Notes: generated by a model not told the origin, from the letters alone. Positions 1 to 13,570 are shown, counted from the first letter of the stretch. The stretch is DNA of 64,000 bases from Clostridiales bacterium (GCA_015058215.1 SVCU01000010.1:456-64455); one strand, 5' to 3'. Program-made: numbers and translations.

Positions 1-637
1 TTTCCGGTTCGTCCAGCAGGTAGAGGGCGTTCTCCTTCACTTCTTCCGTGAAGTATTTGAAGGCGCTTTCCCCGTTGGAGTGCTCCCGGATGTTCCGGGA
101 AAGCCGGTCCTTTACAAAGGCGGAGCCGGTCTTGCGGCGGGCATCGGCGATCTTCTTCAGCTGGTCGTAATCCTCCAGGGAGCGCATCTGGAAGCCCTTG
201 CTGCGGTATTTGGCCTGGTTGTATTCCTCAAAGAGGCTCTCCCGCTCTGCATCCAGATCCTCGTTCAGATGGCGGATCTGCAGCAGGTAGTTGAACACAT
301 CGTCGCTGGTGACGATGCGGCTGTGCTCCGGCATGCCCCGCTCCTCGCAGTGGCACAGATCCACGTAATCCGGAAAGAAATCGGACCGGTTGTAGGCCGC
401 CTTGCGGGGAATTCTGAGTTTATCCGCCATCAGGTTCAGGATGGTGCTTTTGCCGCTGCCGTTTCCGCCGTACAGAATGGTGATGGGCTCCATCACAAAT
501 TCCGGCAGGTCCCGGTCCCGGAAGACCCCAAAGGGGTACCAGGAGCTGTACACCGTCCGTTTCATTTTGGGATCATACTGCAGAAACGTTTCTTCGGCCC
601 CTCGGGACGGGAGACGAAAGGATTCCAGATAAATCAT
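1..637 (-). CDS. AAA/ABC-type ATPase, 3' end cut by window edge
   Basis: Absent from the ORF track because no stop lies in the window. My translation from the ATG at 637-635 gives MIYLESFRLP...ITILYGGNGSGKSTILN (Walker A) ... LYLLDEPE (Walker B) and runs off the left edge. Confidence 0.7.
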   Translation of the reverse strand, partial: MIYLESFRLPSRGAEETFLQYDPKMKRTVYSSWYPFGVFRDRDLPEFVMEPITILYGGNGSGKSTILNLMADKLRIPRKAAYNRSDFFPDYVDLCHCEERGMPEHSRIVTSDDVFNYLLQIRHLNEDLDAERESLFEEYNQAKYRSKGFQMRSLEDYDQLKKIADARRKTGSAFVKDRLSRNIREHSNGESAFKYFTEEVKENALYLLDEPE

Positions 638-665
638 GCGGTACTTCTGCCCTTTCTGCTGCGTT

Positions 666-1532
666 CTATTTTACTTCGATCAATTCGTATTCCCTGCTGC
701 CGAAGCCCAGTTCCGCAGCGGCTTCCACGGTGTGGACACCGTTCCGGGATTCGATGCGTTCCAGCAGATGGTCTCTGCCCGGGTCATCGGAAGCGTAAAC
801 CAGATCCAGGCAGGCCTGATCGATGGCGATGGGATCCAGAGATGCCAGAATGCCGATATCCGCCATGCAGGGATCTTCCGCAACGGCGCAGCAGTCGCAG
901 TCTACGGACATATTCTTCATCACGTTGATATAAACGGTGTTGCCCTTGAAATATTCGTGAACGCTCATGGCAGCGTCAGCCATGGATTCCAGGAAGGAAT
1001 CGTGATCGGCGGTCCAGATCTTTTCCGGTTCACCGGCGCCGTGCACATAAGCTTTGCCGAAGGAGGATGCCACACCGATGGCCAGCTGCTTCAGTGCACC
1101 GCCGTAGCCGCCCATGGGATGGCCCTTAAAGTGGGACAGCACCAGCATGGAGTCGTAGTTCACCAGGTTCTTGCCCACGTAGTTCTTCTGGATGCGCTTT
1201 CCATTGGGAACATCCAGCACCAGATCGGGACCTTCCGCGTCCATCAGATCCACGGTGAAATACTTATCCCAGCCGTGATCGCTGATCAGCTTCAAATGCT
1301 TTTCGGTGGTGTTGCGCTCGCCGTTGTAAGCGGTGTTGCATTCCACCACGGTGCCCTGTACGGCTTCGATCATGGGCTTCCAGAATTCGGGCTTCAGGAA
1401 GTTCTGATTGCCCTTTTCGCCGGAGTGCAGCTTCACTGCCACCTTGCCGGGCAGCTCTTTGCCCACCAGCTGATAGAGTTTTTCAACGGTTTCGGGAGTG
1501 ATTTCCCGGGAAAAATAAACCTTTGCGCTCAT
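666..1532 (-). CDS. Conserved protein with a Cys-rich C-terminal region (DUF362-like, uncertain)
   Basis: 288-aa ORF starting ATG (MSAKVYFSREI). Contains VAVKLHSGEKGN and the Cys cluster SVDCDCCAVAEDPC. Family assignment is from memory only. Confidence 0.65.
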   Translation of the reverse strand: MSAKVYFSREITPETVEKLYQLVGKELPGKVAVKLHSGEKGNQNFLKPEFWKPMIEAVQGTVVECNTAYNGERNTTEKHLKLISDHGWDKYFTVDLMDAEGPDLVLDVPNGKRIQKNYVGKNLVNYDSMLVLSHFKGHPMGGYGGALKQLAIGVASSFGKAYVHGAGEPEKIWTADHDSFLESMADAAMSVHEYFKGNTVYINVMKNMSVDCDCCAVAEDPCMADIGILASLDPIAIDQACLDLVYASDDPGRDHLLERIESRNGVHTVEAAAELGFGSREYELIEVK

Positions 1533-1623
1533 GGTATTTCCTCCTTGCCGCTGCAGCGGCGTATTCTGCCGGCTTCCTGCCGGTCATTTTCTTTTTTAAA
1601 GTGAAAAGCGTTCTTCTCTGATT

Positions 1624-4345
<2,722 letters not shown>

Positions 4346-4366
4346 AATAACAAAGCCTCCTTTTTG

Positions 4367-6178
4367 TTACTTGTTATCGTCATACCGCAGAACAGCGGTA
4401 AATGCTTCCTGAGGAACTTCTACTGTGCCGAACTGGCGCATTCTCTTTTTACCCTCTTTTTGCTTTTCCAAAAGCTTCTTTTTACGGGAAATGTCGCCGC
4501 CGTAGCACTTTGCAATAACATCTTTACGGTAAGCCTTCACCGTTTCACGGGCGATGACCTTCTGGCCGATGGCTGCCTGGATGGGGATCTCGAACTGATG
4601 CATGGGAATGACTTCCTTCAGCTTCTCGCAGACGAAGCGGGCCCGTTCATAGGCCTTGGATTCGTGCACGATCATGGAAAATGCGTCCACAAGATCCTTA
4701 TTCAGCAGAATATCCATCTTGACCACGCTGGACCGTTCGTAATCGGTGAATTCGTAGTCTAAAGAACCGTAGCCTCTGGTCTTGGATTTCAGCGCGTCGA
4801 AGAAATCGTAAATCACTTCGTTCAGAGGCATATCGTAATGGAGCATCACACGGCTTTCGGTGATGTATTCCATGTGCTTCATGCGGCCGCGTCTCTGCTG
4901 GCAGAGTTCCATGATGCTGCCCACGTACTCTTTGGGCACCATGATATCCGCCTTGACCATGGGTTCTTCCACGTGGTCGATCTCCGTTGCGGGAGGCAGA
5001 TTGGAGGGGTTCTGGATCATTTCTACGGTGCCGTCACTGCGGACCACCTTATAGATTACACTGGGAGAAGTGGTGATGATGCCCAGATCGAACTCCCGTT
5101 CCAGACGTTCCACAATGATCTCCATGTGCAGCAGGCCCAGGAAACCGCAGCGGAAGCCGAAGCCCAGCGCGTTGGAGGTTTCCGGTTCGAAGATCAGGGC
5201 TGCATCGTTGACCTGCAGCTTTTCCAGAGCATCCTTGACGTTCTCGTATTTTTCCCCTTCTGCAGGGTAAATGCCGCAGTAGACCATAGACTGCATCTTT
5301 TTGTAGCCGGGCAGAGGTTCTTCCGCAGGATCTTTTTCCAGAGTGATGGTATCGCCTACGCGGGCATCGGCCACCTGCTTGATGCTGGCGCAGATGTAGC
5401 CGACATCGCCGGCTTCCAGAGCGGGTGCGGAGATGGGGCCGGGAGAATGGAAGCCAACTTCCGTGACTTCGTACTTCTTTCCGGTATTCATCAGGCGGAT
5501 GGTATCGCCGGGCTTCACTCTGCCGTCCATGATGCGGGTATAGATGACAACGCCCTTGTAGTTATCGTAATAGGAGTCGAAGATCAGGGCCTTCAGCTTG
5601 CCTTCGGGGTCGCCCGTGGGTGCGGGAATTTTGTGAACCACAGCTTCCAGCACATCTTCGATGTTGAGACCTTCCTTGGCGGAGATCAGAGGTGCATCCT
5701 GGGCTTCGATGCCGATCACATCTTCGATCTCGTCTTTGGTTTCGTCCGGTCTGGCGCTGGCCAGGTCGATCTTATTGATGACCGGCATGATCTCCAGATC
5801 TTCGTTGAGGGCCAGATACACGTTGGCCAGAGTCTGGGCTTCCACACCCTGGGTGGCATCCACCACCAGAATGGCGCCTTCGCAGGCGGCCAGAGAACGG
5901 GAAACCTCGTAAGTAAAGTCCACGTGACCCGGGGTATCGATCAAATTGAAAATGTATTCCTGACCATCTTTTGCGGTATACAGCAAGCGGCTGGTCTGGA
6001 GCTTGATGGTAATGCCGCGTTCCCGCTCGATGTCCATATTATCCAGGAACTGTTCCTTCATGTCGCGCTGGGCGACTACGCCGGTTTTCTCCAGAAGGCG
6101 GTCTGCCAGAGTGGATTTACCGTGGTCGATATGGGCAATGATGCAGAAATTGCGAATTTTCTCCTGATAAGAGTTCAT
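4367..6178 (-). CDS. lepA: Translation elongation factor 4 (LepA)
   Basis: [23 protein letters not shown]1 motif, [13 protein letters not shown], and the LepA C-terminal domain. Confidence 0.97.
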   Translation of the reverse strand: MNSYQEKIRNFCIIAHIDHGKSTLADRLLEKTGVVAQRDMKEQFLDNMDIERERGITIKLQTSRLLYTAKDGQEYIFNLIDTPGHVDFTYEVSRSLAACEGAILVVDATQGVEAQTLANVYLALNEDLEIMPVINKIDLASARPDETKDEIEDVIGIEAQDAPLISAKEGLNIEDVLEAVVHKIPAPTGDPEGKLKALIFDSYYDNYKGVVIYTRIMDGRVKPGDTIRLMNTGKKYEVTEVGFHSPGPISAPALEAGDVGYICASIKQVADARVGDTITLEKDPAEEPLPGYKKMQSMVYCGIYPAEGEKYENVKDALEKLQVNDAALIFEPETSNALGFGFRCGFLGLLHMEIIVERLEREFDLGIITTSPSVIYKVVRSDGTVEMIQNPSNLPPATEIDHVEEPMVKADIMVPKEYVGSIMELCQQRRGRMKHMEYITESRVMLHYDMPLNEVIYDFFDALKSKTRGYGSLDYEFTDYERSSVVKMDILLNKDLVDAFSMIVHESKAYERARFVCEKLKEVIPMHQFEIPIQAAIGQKVIARETVKAYRKDVIAKCYGGDISRKKKLLEKQKEGKKRMRQFGTVEVPQEAFTAVLRYDDNK

Positions 6179-6203
6179 AGAACCTCCGTCGTTTTAATTA
6201 CAC

Positions 6204-6230
6204 CAAAACAGACCCCTAGGTAGGGGCCTG
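6204..6230 (-). terminator. Hairpin with T-run between spoIIP and lepA
   Basis: CAGACCCCT-AGGT-AGGGGCCTG stem with one mismatch. A T-run follows on the minus strand (reverse complement of CAAAA). Confidence 0.4.
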
Positions 6231-6346
6231 TTTATTGTACCATAAAAGAGGGGGTATTTACAAGTAAATGTCTGTTATCTTTTCACGGAGACCGCAAAGA
6301 AATCTTTGCCTCCCGTTTCGGTTCCCCATATGCTGCCGCGAAATGC

Positions 6347-7339
6347 TCAGCGCTGAGAAAGCCAGGTCTCGATCACATCAGCGAAGAGAGCTGCCGATGT
6401 GCGAATGTCTTCGATGCTGTTCTGGTTGTTTCCCAGTTCCAGCAGCAGATGACAGTCGGAAATGTACTGGTTGTAACGATAGTCTTTCTCGATGATCCCT
6501 CTGGAAAAGCCCGGGTACAGCCGGTTGGCCAGCTGGTGGATCTCCTTGGCAAAGGCGTTCAGGGCGGCGGCATTGCCGTTCCCCTGCCCCACCACCAGGG
6601 CGAACTGAGCGGCTTTCCCTCCGTTGGCAAGGGAGAAGACATGGCCGCTGTTCCCCGAATAAGCGGCAGCATCCCGATGGAGATCAATGACCAGTTCGAC
6701 GGACGGATACTTCTGCAGCAGCGTTTTGGCGGTTTCCAGAGAACGGCTGTAGGACTGATCGTAGGAAGGACGGTCATGAAGGGTCACATCGTGGATCACT
6801 TTGATCCCCTTTTTCTCCAGCGCTTCCGTCAGGATGTTGCCCGCTTCGCGGACGGTGCCCTCGGTGCCTTCCCTGTGGAAATTGCTTTCCGTATAGGGCT
6901 GGTAGGATTCCGATGCATGGGTATGGTAGATCAGGACCACGGGCTGAGAGGTCTGAGAGAGCAGAGGAACAGAGGCGGCGCCGATTTCGGGTTTGGCGCC
7001 GCCGGATGCGCCGGCCGAATCCGGAGCCTGGCCGGCGCCTTCCCCCTCTGTATTTTCGCCTGTTTGCGCCTCGTTTTCCCCTTCCGGATCAACGGGGCCA
7101 TTCCCCGCAGAACCTTCCTCAGAACCGGTTTCTGTGCCTTGCAGGCGGTCCCATCCGCCGCCTTCCCGATTGATGGTCAGGAAGCTGTCCGCCAGATACT
7201 GCTTCCCCAGAGTTTCCCCGCCGTCTGCCGGCACCTCTGCCATCGCTTCACCCGTAAAAAACAATGCCGCGCCGAACAGCAGGGTCCAAAACAGACCGGT
7301 ATAAACCAGAACGCCCTTTTTTCTTCCTCTTCTTCTCAT
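6347..7339 (-). CDS. spoIIP: Stage II sporulation protein P
   Basis: VVLIYHTHASESYQPY and IDLHRDA motifs with an N-terminal TM segment. Start set at MRRRGRKKG (ATG 7339), just after the gpr stop. Confidence 0.9.
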   Translation of the reverse strand: MRRRGRKKGVLVYTGLFWTLLFGAALFFTGEAMAEVPADGGETLGKQYLADSFLTINREGGGWDRLQGTETGSEEGSAGNGPVDPEGENEAQTGENTEGEGAGQAPDSAGASGGAKPEIGAASVPLLSQTSQPVVLIYHTHASESYQPYTESNFHREGTEGTVREAGNILTEALEKKGIKVIHDVTLHDRPSYDQSYSRSLETAKTLLQKYPSVELVIDLHRDAAAYSGNSGHVFSLANGGKAAQFALVVGQGNGNAAALNAFAKEIHQLANRLYPGFSRGIIEKDYRYNQYISDCHLLLELGNNQNSIEDIRTSAALFADVIETWLSQR

Positions 7340-7358
7340 AATGCCTCTGCACCTCTTT

Positions 7359-8270
7359 TCAGGAAGAGTATATGCCGGGGCAAAGCGCAATATTGATCCC
7401 GCGGCTAAGGATTTCCGCAAAATCCTCCACCACCCGGCCGATATCCGTCACCGTCACCGTCAGCGGTTCCTCCAGCTGTTCCAGCTTTTTGAGAGCCTCC
7501 TGTTCTTCTTTTATAAATTCGCCCAGGGTATCGAACACCAAAGTTTTGCTGTCGATGACCGTGGGCACTCCCACCGCCACCACAGGGACCCCCAGCCGTT
7601 TCCGGGTCAGATCCTTCCGCAGATTGCCTGTCCCCGCCCCCGGAGAGATCCCCGTATCGCAGATCTGGATGGTGGTGCTGATCCGCTTCACATCCCGTGC
7701 CGCCAGCGCATCCACGGCCAGAACCACATCCGGCTTCACAAGCTCCACCGCCTGCCGGATCAGTTCCGCTGTCTCCATGCCCGTGGATGCCGTCACCCCC
7801 GGAGCCAGAGCACTGACGCAGGCTGCGCGCAAAACCTGCGGCTTTCCCGTCATCATAAAAATATGGCGCGTCACGGTCACCTGCTCCAAAGTCTTCGGCC
7901 CCAGTGCATCCGGTGTCACCAGCGGGTTTCCGAGACCGATCACCAGCACCTTCAGCCGATCATGATACGGGATCAGTCTCTCCAACTCTTTCGCCAGGCA
8001 GCGCGCTGCCGTCCGTTTCCGTTCCTCCGGCTCCTGTAAAAGGTCTTCCACTTCGATGGTGATGTAATTGCCTTCCGGTTTTCCCGTTAAAAGCCGTCCT
8101 TCTCCGTCCAGGATCCGGATCCGTGTCACCGCGATCCCCGAAGCAAAAAGTTCCTGTTCCGTACGGATCCCCGGCAGTTCCCTGCCGGCTTTTTCCCCCT
8201 TCTGTTCCGTTTTTTGCCGCAGATGCTCCAGACCTTTGCTTTCAATGGCCAGGTCTGTTCGAAAGACCAT
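7359..8270 (-). CDS. gpr: Germination protease (GPR endopeptidase)
   Basis: MVFRTDLAIES N-terminus and GLGNPLVTPDALGP motif. gpr-spoIIP adjacency matches Bacillus. Confidence 0.9.
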   Translation of the reverse strand: MVFRTDLAIESKGLEHLRQKTEQKGEKAGRELPGIRTEQELFASGIAVTRIRILDGEGRLLTGKPEGNYITIEVEDLLQEPEERKRTAARCLAKELERLIPYHDRLKVLVIGLGNPLVTPDALGPKTLEQVTVTRHIFMMTGKPQVLRAACVSALAPGVTASTGMETAELIRQAVELVKPDVVLAVDALAARDVKRISTTIQICDTGISPGAGTGNLRKDLTRKRLGVPVVAVGVPTVIDSKTLVFDTLGEFIKEEQEALKKLEQLEEPLTVTVTDIGRVVEDFAEILSRGINIALCPGIYSS

Positions 8271-8322
8271 AAAAAAACACCTTCTTTTTCGCTTTTTTTC
8301 TTGATTTTTTCTTATTTTGGAC

Positions 8323-8351
8323 TTGCTTTTTGGAAACTATTCACTTATACT
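8323..8351 (+). promoter_or_regulatory. Candidate sigmaA promoter for rpsT
   Basis: TTGCTT, 17-nt spacer, TATACT, about 40 nt upstream of the rpsT ATG. Confidence 0.35.
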
Positions 8352-8388
8352 TGATGAGGCTATATTGCGAGAAAGTGGGGTGAAAGAT

Positions 8389-8658
8389 ATGGCAAACATC
8401 AAATCTGCAAAGAAAAGAATCAGTGTTATCGAAACCAAGACCGCTGCCAACAGAAGAGTTAAGAATCATCTGAAGGACGTTCTGAAGGAATTCGATAAGG
8501 CTGTAGCAGAAAAGGACTTCGCCGTTGCTGAAGAAAAGCTGGCACTGGCAGAAAAGAAGCTGATGCAGGGTGTTGCGAAGGGCATCCTTCACAAGAACGC
8601 TGCTTCCAGAAAAGTTTCCAGACTGACCGTGAAGCTGAACAAGGCAAAGGCAGAATAA
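8389..8658 (+). CDS. rpsT: 30S ribosomal protein S20
   Basis: MANIKSAKKRISVIETKTAANRR. Start at the internal ATG 8389, preceded by AAAGTGGGGTGAAAG. Confidence 0.95.
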   Translation: MANIKSAKKRISVIETKTAANRRVKNHLKDVLKEFDKAVAEKDFAVAEEKLALAEKKLMQGVAKGILHKNAASRKVSRLTVKLNKAKAE

Positions 8659-8710
8659 TGCTCACCCGTCCCCACCGTGCATAAGTTAAATGCACTTAAG
8701 CGTAAAGCGA

Positions 8711-8777
8711 AAAAAGCCGGATGTGTCTCCCGGCTTTTTTTATTGCTGAAATCCGGAGTTTTCCTCCGGCTTTTTTA
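8711..8777 (+). terminator. Two tandem rho-independent terminators after rpsT
   Basis: GCCGG-n9-CCGGC followed by T7, then CCGGAG-TTTTC-CTCCGG followed by T6. Confidence 0.65.
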
Positions 8778-8889
8778 TTGCCTAAAACCGCAAAGTGTTG
8801 TATATTCTAAACTGTATGGCAGAGAAACCGGTTCTCAAGCAGTGTCAGCGGCGCCCATGCGCGCCCTTTCCCTTTCCAGGAGGTCCCTT

Positions 8890-9804
8890 ATGATCGCACC
8901 TGCTCCCCTGAACCCGGGCGATACGGCCGCCCTTGTGGCCCCCGCATCCCCTCTCACCAAAGATGAAATTTCCTTTGCGGAGGAATCTTTAAAAAAACTG
9001 GGGCTGATCCCCAAAACCTTTGCGGAAGCGGTTCCTCCCTCATCCGCATATCTATCTGCACCCGACTCGCTTCGGGCTGCATCTCTCACGGAGGCTTTTC
9101 TCGACCCGGCTGTAAAAGCCGTCTTCTGTCTCCGGGGCGGCTACGGCTGCAGCCGTCTCCTGCCCCTTCTGGATCCGGAAGTCTTTCGCCGCAATCCCAA
9201 ACTGTTCTGGGGCTACAGCGATATCACCGCACTCCATCAATTTTTCAACCATACCTGCAATCTGATCACCGTTCACGGGCCCATGCCCGCAAAACCCAGT
9301 TTTCTTGCGGCACCGGGGCTGATCTCTTTGCTTTTCGAAGAAACCCTTTCCCGTCCCGGTTCCTTTACCGATTGCGGAAAGCCGTCCCTCTCCTTCGGGG
9401 ATCCCTTCTTTCTTTCGGAAGAACATGCCGATGCCCGGGGTAAACTCACCGGCGGCAATCTCAGCGTCCTCTGCGGCCTGCTGGGTTCTCCCTGGGAGCC
9501 CGATACCGCTGGCAGGATCCTCTTCTTGGAGGACGTGGACGAACCGCCGGAAAAGATCGACCGCAATCTGACCGCCCTTCGCCTTGCAGGGAAACTGCAG
9601 CACTGCAGCGCCCTGATTTTAGGCGCTTTTGCCGGTTGCTTCCCCTCAAGAGAACAAGAGCTTTCCTTTTTCCGTGAACACTTTGCCGATGCACCCTACC
9701 CCGTGCTCTTCGGCTTCCCCGCCGGCCACATCGGCTGCAACCATCCCCTTCCCATGGGAGCCATGGTGCACCTGTCCCGACGGCCCCTCCTCACTACGTT
9801 TTAG
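8890..9804 (+). CDS. LD-carboxypeptidase (peptidase S66, LdcA-like)
   Basis: GDTAALVAPASP, GYSDITAL (Ser nucleophile) and FGFPAGH motifs. Start at ATG 8890, after AGGAGG. Confidence 0.85.
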   Translation: MIAPAPLNPGDTAALVAPASPLTKDEISFAEESLKKLGLIPKTFAEAVPPSSAYLSAPDSLRAASLTEAFLDPAVKAVFCLRGGYGCSRLLPLLDPEVFRRNPKLFWGYSDITALHQFFNHTCNLITVHGPMPAKPSFLAAPGLISLLFEETLSRPGSFTDCGKPSLSFGDPFFLSEEHADARGKLTGGNLSVLCGLLGSPWEPDTAGRILFLEDVDEPPEKIDRNLTALRLAGKLQHCSALILGAFAGCFPSREQELSFFREHFADAPYPVLFGFPAGHIGCNHPLPMGAMVHLSRRPLLTTF

Positions 9805-9856
9805 ATGTTTCCTCAAACGAAACTTACCGCTGCACAAATAAGAAAAGAGGTACGAA

Positions 9857-11158
9857 ATGTCCAAACAGAAACTCATCCTCATCTCCCACGATGCCATGGT
9901 CTACGAAGACCTGGAACGCCTGTCCCAGCACCCTGACGTCGCTTATCTGCTGGAAAACGGTTCCACCATCAAGAGCCTGCGCACCGTCTATCCCTCCATC
10001 ACCTACCCCGTCCACTCCACCATCGTCACCGGCGCATACCCCGAAAAGCACGGCGTATGGCACAACGAAATCGTTACCGTTGGCGCTGCCAAGGACGTTC
10101 CCTGGAACTGGGAAGCAAAGAGCAACAAGTGCTACTCCATCTTCCAGGCTGCCAAGGAAGCCGGTCTCACCACCGCCGCTGTGTTCTGGCCCGTTTCCGG
10201 CAACCATCCTTATGTGGACTATCTGATCCCCGAATACCTGCCCCACGGCGATGAAACCATCACAGAAGGCTTCCGCAAGATGGGTACCAGCGAACAGGTC
10301 ATCAAGGAAATCGTAGAACCCAACCTGGGCATCGTAGAAGGCAAACTGGGCCATCCTTATGTGGACGATTTCATCATCAAGTGCGCCAGCGACATCGTCC
10401 GCAAGTACGATCCCGATGTGATCCTGATCCACCCTGCCGCCGTTGACAACGGCCGCCACAAGAATGGCGTGTTCTCCGAAGTTCTGAACGACATTCTGGA
10501 CCGCTCCGCCCAGTGGACTTCCCAGCTGATGGACGCTGCCCGCTCCAACGGTCCTCTGGAAGATGTAAACTTCGTCATCATGAGTGACCACGGTCAGGTA
10601 GACCTGGACGGCGTTATGAACCTGAACGCGTTCCTGCGTGACAAGGGTCTGATCACCGTCAACGAACAGGGTGAAATCACCGACTACGTTTGCTGGATGC
10701 GTTCCACCGGTGTTACCGCTCAGTTCTTCCTGAAGAACCCCGATAACGAAGAAGAGTACGAACGTTCCCTGGCCGCTCTGCGCGAAATGCAGGCCATGCC
10801 CGAACTCGGCATCAAGCACGTCTACACCACCCGCCAGATCAAGGATATGGAACACCTGGACGGCCCCTTCAGCTTCGTCATCGAAGGTACCGGCCCCATC
10901 GCCTACGGCAACTCCTGGACCGGCAACCTGAAGCAGGAATTCGACCTGTCCGACTTCCGTACCGGCCTGGCCACTCACGGTCATCACCCCGACATGGGTC
11001 CCCAGCCCATCTTCGTCGGCTGTGGCCCCGCTTTCAAAAAGGGCGCTGTGGTTGACCGCACCAAGATGGTCAACATTGGCCCCACCCTGGCCAAGGCCAT
11101 GGGCTTCGCTCCTCTGCGCGACGCAGACGGCACCCCCGTAGAAGAGATTCTGAAATAA
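9857..11158 (+). CDS. Nucleotide pyrophosphatase/phosphodiesterase (alkaline phosphatase superfamily)
   Basis: YPSITYPVHSTIVTGAYPEKHGV and MSDHGQ motifs, typical of the type I phosphodiesterase family. Confidence 0.85.
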   Translation: MSKQKLILISHDAMVYEDLERLSQHPDVAYLLENGSTIKSLRTVYPSITYPVHSTIVTGAYPEKHGVWHNEIVTVGAAKDVPWNWEAKSNKCYSIFQAAKEAGLTTAAVFWPVSGNHPYVDYLIPEYLPHGDETITEGFRKMGTSEQVIKEIVEPNLGIVEGKLGHPYVDDFIIKCASDIVRKYDPDVILIHPAAVDNGRHKNGVFSEVLNDILDRSAQWTSQLMDAARSNGPLEDVNFVIMSDHGQVDLDGVMNLNAFLRDKGLITVNEQGEITDYVCWMRSTGVTAQFFLKNPDNEEEYERSLAALREMQAMPELGIKHVYTTRQIKDMEHLDGPFSFVIEGTGPIAYGNSWTGNLKQEFDLSDFRTGLATHGHHPDMGPQPIFVGCGPAFKKGAVVDRTKMVNIGPTLAKAMGFAPLRDADGTPVEEILK

Positions 11159-11164
11159 CAACAA

Positions 11165-11199
11165 AAAGGGCGCTTTCCGGCTTGGAAGCGCCCTTTTTT
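11165..11199 (+). terminator. Rho-independent terminator
   Basis: GGGCGCTTTCC...GGAAGCGCCC stem followed by a T-run. Confidence 0.7.
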
Positions 11200-11212
11200 A
11201 CAGGAGAAACCC

Positions 11213-11701
11213 ATGCAAGACATTCTGTTCAAAACCGAAGAATTCGTGTTCTCCTACCGCATCGGCGGCGTGCTGATCCGGGACGGTAAGATCCTGCTGC
11301 AAAGATCCAAAGAAGACGGCAGCTATGCCTTCATCGGCGGTCATGTAAACGCAATGGAAACCGCCCGCGAAACTTTGGTGCGCGAATTTGCGGAAGAACT
11401 CCATGCCGCTATCCGCGTCCGCGACCTTCTGGCGGTGGGCGAAATCTTCTTCCCCTGGGACGGCCGCCCCGTCCACCAGATTGCCCTCTACTTCGCCGTA
11501 GAACTGGAAAGCGACAGCCAGATTCCTCTGGATGGCACCTTCAGCGGTTATGACGAGCTGAACAGTATCCGCTACGACCTGGACTTCTGCTGGGTGCCCC
11601 TTTCAGAACTGGACTGCATTCCGGTCTATCCCCAGGAACTGCTGCCCCACATCCTGTCCGGCAGCAAAGAGGTTTTGCACTTTGTCAGCAAACAGCTGTA
11701 A
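11213..11701 (+). CDS. NUDIX hydrolase
   Basis: Nudix box GGHVNAMETARETLVREFAEEL. Confidence 0.85.
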   Translation: MQDILFKTEEFVFSYRIGGVLIRDGKILLQRSKEDGSYAFIGGHVNAMETARETLVREFAEELHAAIRVRDLLAVGEIFFPWDGRPVHQIALYFAVELESDSQIPLDGTFSGYDELNSIRYDLDFCWVPLSELDCIPVYPQELLPHILSGSKEVLHFVSKQL

Positions 11702-11717
11702 CCATTGCAATATCAAC

Positions 11718-11748
11718 AAAAAGACGGCCACATGGCCGTCTTTTATTT
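11718..11748. terminator. Bidirectional terminator between convergent genes
   Basis: A-run, GACGGCC-ACAT-GGCCGTC, then T-run. Confidence 0.7.
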
Positions 11749-11753
11749 TGTGG

Positions 11754-12590
11754 TTATCGTTCCTGTGTCTCGATGTATTTGACTACACCATCTTTTTCAT
11801 TTCTTTCGATGATCACGTCAGCCAGGGCTTTCAAGGCTTCGTTGGCATTGGCCACCGCCACCTTGGTGCCGGCCCGTTCAAACATTTCTTTGTCGTTGGC
11901 CTGGTCACCAAAGGCGGTGATGTTCTGCCGCTCTACCTGCAGCAGATCGGCTACGTAGTCCAGCATATCTCCTTTGTTGGCATCCTTGTTGGAAACTTCC
12001 AGGGTATAATACCCTTCGTTGTAAATGTCTTTTACCACTTTTACGGAAACCGCATCGCCGTAAGCCTCCAGCACCCGTTGTTCCAGTTTGCGGATGGGTT
12101 CCAAAGGATACAGGAAATTGCAGTTGATCAGTTCCGTCAGTTCACCGGTAAAGGTAGCTGCCGGCTGCAGCCGTTTATCGCCACGCTTTTGGCGTTCTTC
12201 CAGAAACTGGACATGGGCCGGATGTTCCGGTTCTTCGTACAGCAGTTTTTCTTCCTGCGCTGCGGTTTTACCGAAGATGTAAGGCTTTAAGCCCAGGCTC
12301 TTTGCCATAGCAAGAACGCCTGCAAAGACCTCGCGGCTTAACAGGTTTTTGCGGATTACTTCACCGGTATCCGCTTTGATCACATAGGTTCCATTGTAGG
12401 TGATACACGGAAGCTGAAACTGTACGCGGTTCAGCATCATAGACGTGGTATAAAAGCTGCGCGCCGTAGAAAAAGTGATCTGTACACCCTGTGCGATCAG
12501 CCGGTTCAAGGCATCTACTGTGTAATCACTCAGTTGCTGTTTGGAATTCAGCAAAGTACCGTCCAAATCCGTAATATAGAGTCTTTTCAT
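11754..12590 (-). CDS. Cof-type HAD-IIB phosphatase
   Basis: MKRLYITDLDGTLLN motif I and GDQANDKEMF motif IV. Confidence 0.9.
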   Translation of the reverse strand: MKRLYITDLDGTLLNSKQQLSDYTVDALNRLIAQGVQITFSTARSFYTTSMMLNRVQFQLPCITYNGTYVIKADTGEVIRKNLLSREVFAGVLAMAKSLGLKPYIFGKTAAQEEKLLYEEPEHPAHVQFLEERQKRGDKRLQPAATFTGELTELINCNFLYPLEPIRKLEQRVLEAYGDAVSVKVVKDIYNEGYYTLEVSNKDANKGDMLDYVADLLQVERQNITAFGDQANDKEMFERAGTKVAVANANEALKALADVIIERNEKDGVVKYIETQER

Positions 12591-12661
12591 TCCAATCTAC
12601 CTTCCTTTGTTCGATTTTACTAAATATATTTTTCTCTGTCAAAGGAAAGCCACTATGAGTT

Positions 12662-13570
12662 TTAATACACCATTTCCGGGTAGTGCTTCTTCAGTTCGCT
12701 GTAAATTGCCTTCTGCATGGCTTCTGCCTGGGCTTTTACAATGGCGCAATACTGCTCTCGGGAGCCTTCGAAACCAGGTACATTCACATGATGGTACAGG
12801 ATCCCGCGGGAGGAATTGACCAATGCCCCTAATCCGTCTTCATTGAAGCTGGAAGCCACATCCGCAGCGCCGCCGCCCTGGGCACCGTAACCGGGCACCA
12901 GGAAGAAATTGTTCTTCATGATCTTTCGCAGATCTTCCGCTTCGCCGGGATAAGTAGCCCCCACCACCGCACCGATGGCAGAATATCCTTCCACTCCAAC
13001 GCATTCTTCGCCAATGGTATTCACATAGCCAGCAAGCCAATCGCGGACCTTTTCACCGCTGGCAGTGACCGCTTCTGAAATTTCCACAGAACTGGGATTC
13101 GAGGTCTTTACCAGTACAAAAAGACCCTTTCCTTCTGCCTTTGCGGTATCGATAAAAGGCTGCAAACTGTCCGTTCCCAGGAAAGGCGATACGGTGAGAA
13201 AATCGGAATTGATGGGACCGTCCTTTGCCAGATGAGCAAAGGCATAGGCTTTTGCGGTATTGCCGATATCGTTGCGCTTACTGTCATCTACAACGATCAA
13301 GCCTTTTTCATGCGCGTAGCGAACTACTTTTTCATGTACAGCAATGCCTTCTGCCCCGAAGACTTCGAAGAAGGCCATCTGCGGCTTTACCGCAGGTACG
13401 ATTTCTGCCACAGAATCGATCACATCCGTTGCCCACTGCAACAAGGCTTCCGGTTTTGTAAGGCCAGTATTTTTGTAGCAGTCCGGCAGTTTGCTCCATT
13501 CCGGATCGATGCCCACAACGCAGGGACTCTTCTTCTCTTTGATCTTCTGAATCAATGCATCAATTACCAT
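12662..13570 (-). CDS. pyrF: Orotidine 5'-phosphate decarboxylase (type 2)
   Basis: VVGIDPEW, VVDDSKRNDIGNTA and PGYGAQGG motifs. Start at the internal ATG 13570 (MVIDALIQK). Confidence 0.9.
   Translation of the reverse strand: MVIDALIQKIKEKKSPCVVGIDPEWSKLPDCYKNTGLTKPEALLQWATDVIDSVAEIVPAVKPQMAFFEVFGAEGIAVHEKVVRYAHEKGLIVVDDSKRNDIGNTAKAYAFAHLAKDGPINSDFLTVSPFLGTDSLQPFIDTAKAEGKGLFVLVKTSNPSSVEISEAVTASGEKVRDWLAGYVNTIGEECVGVEGYSAIGAVVGATYPGEAEDLRKIMKNNFFLVPGYGAQGGGAADVASSFNEDGLGALVNSSRGILYHHVNVPGFEGSREQYCAIVKAQAEAMQKAIYSELKKHYPEMVY

Noticed and set aside
80-928. 282-aa plus-strand ORF at the left edge
   Set aside because: It is antisense to a Walker A/B ATPase (1-637) and to the 666-1532 gene, and its translation contains no motifs.
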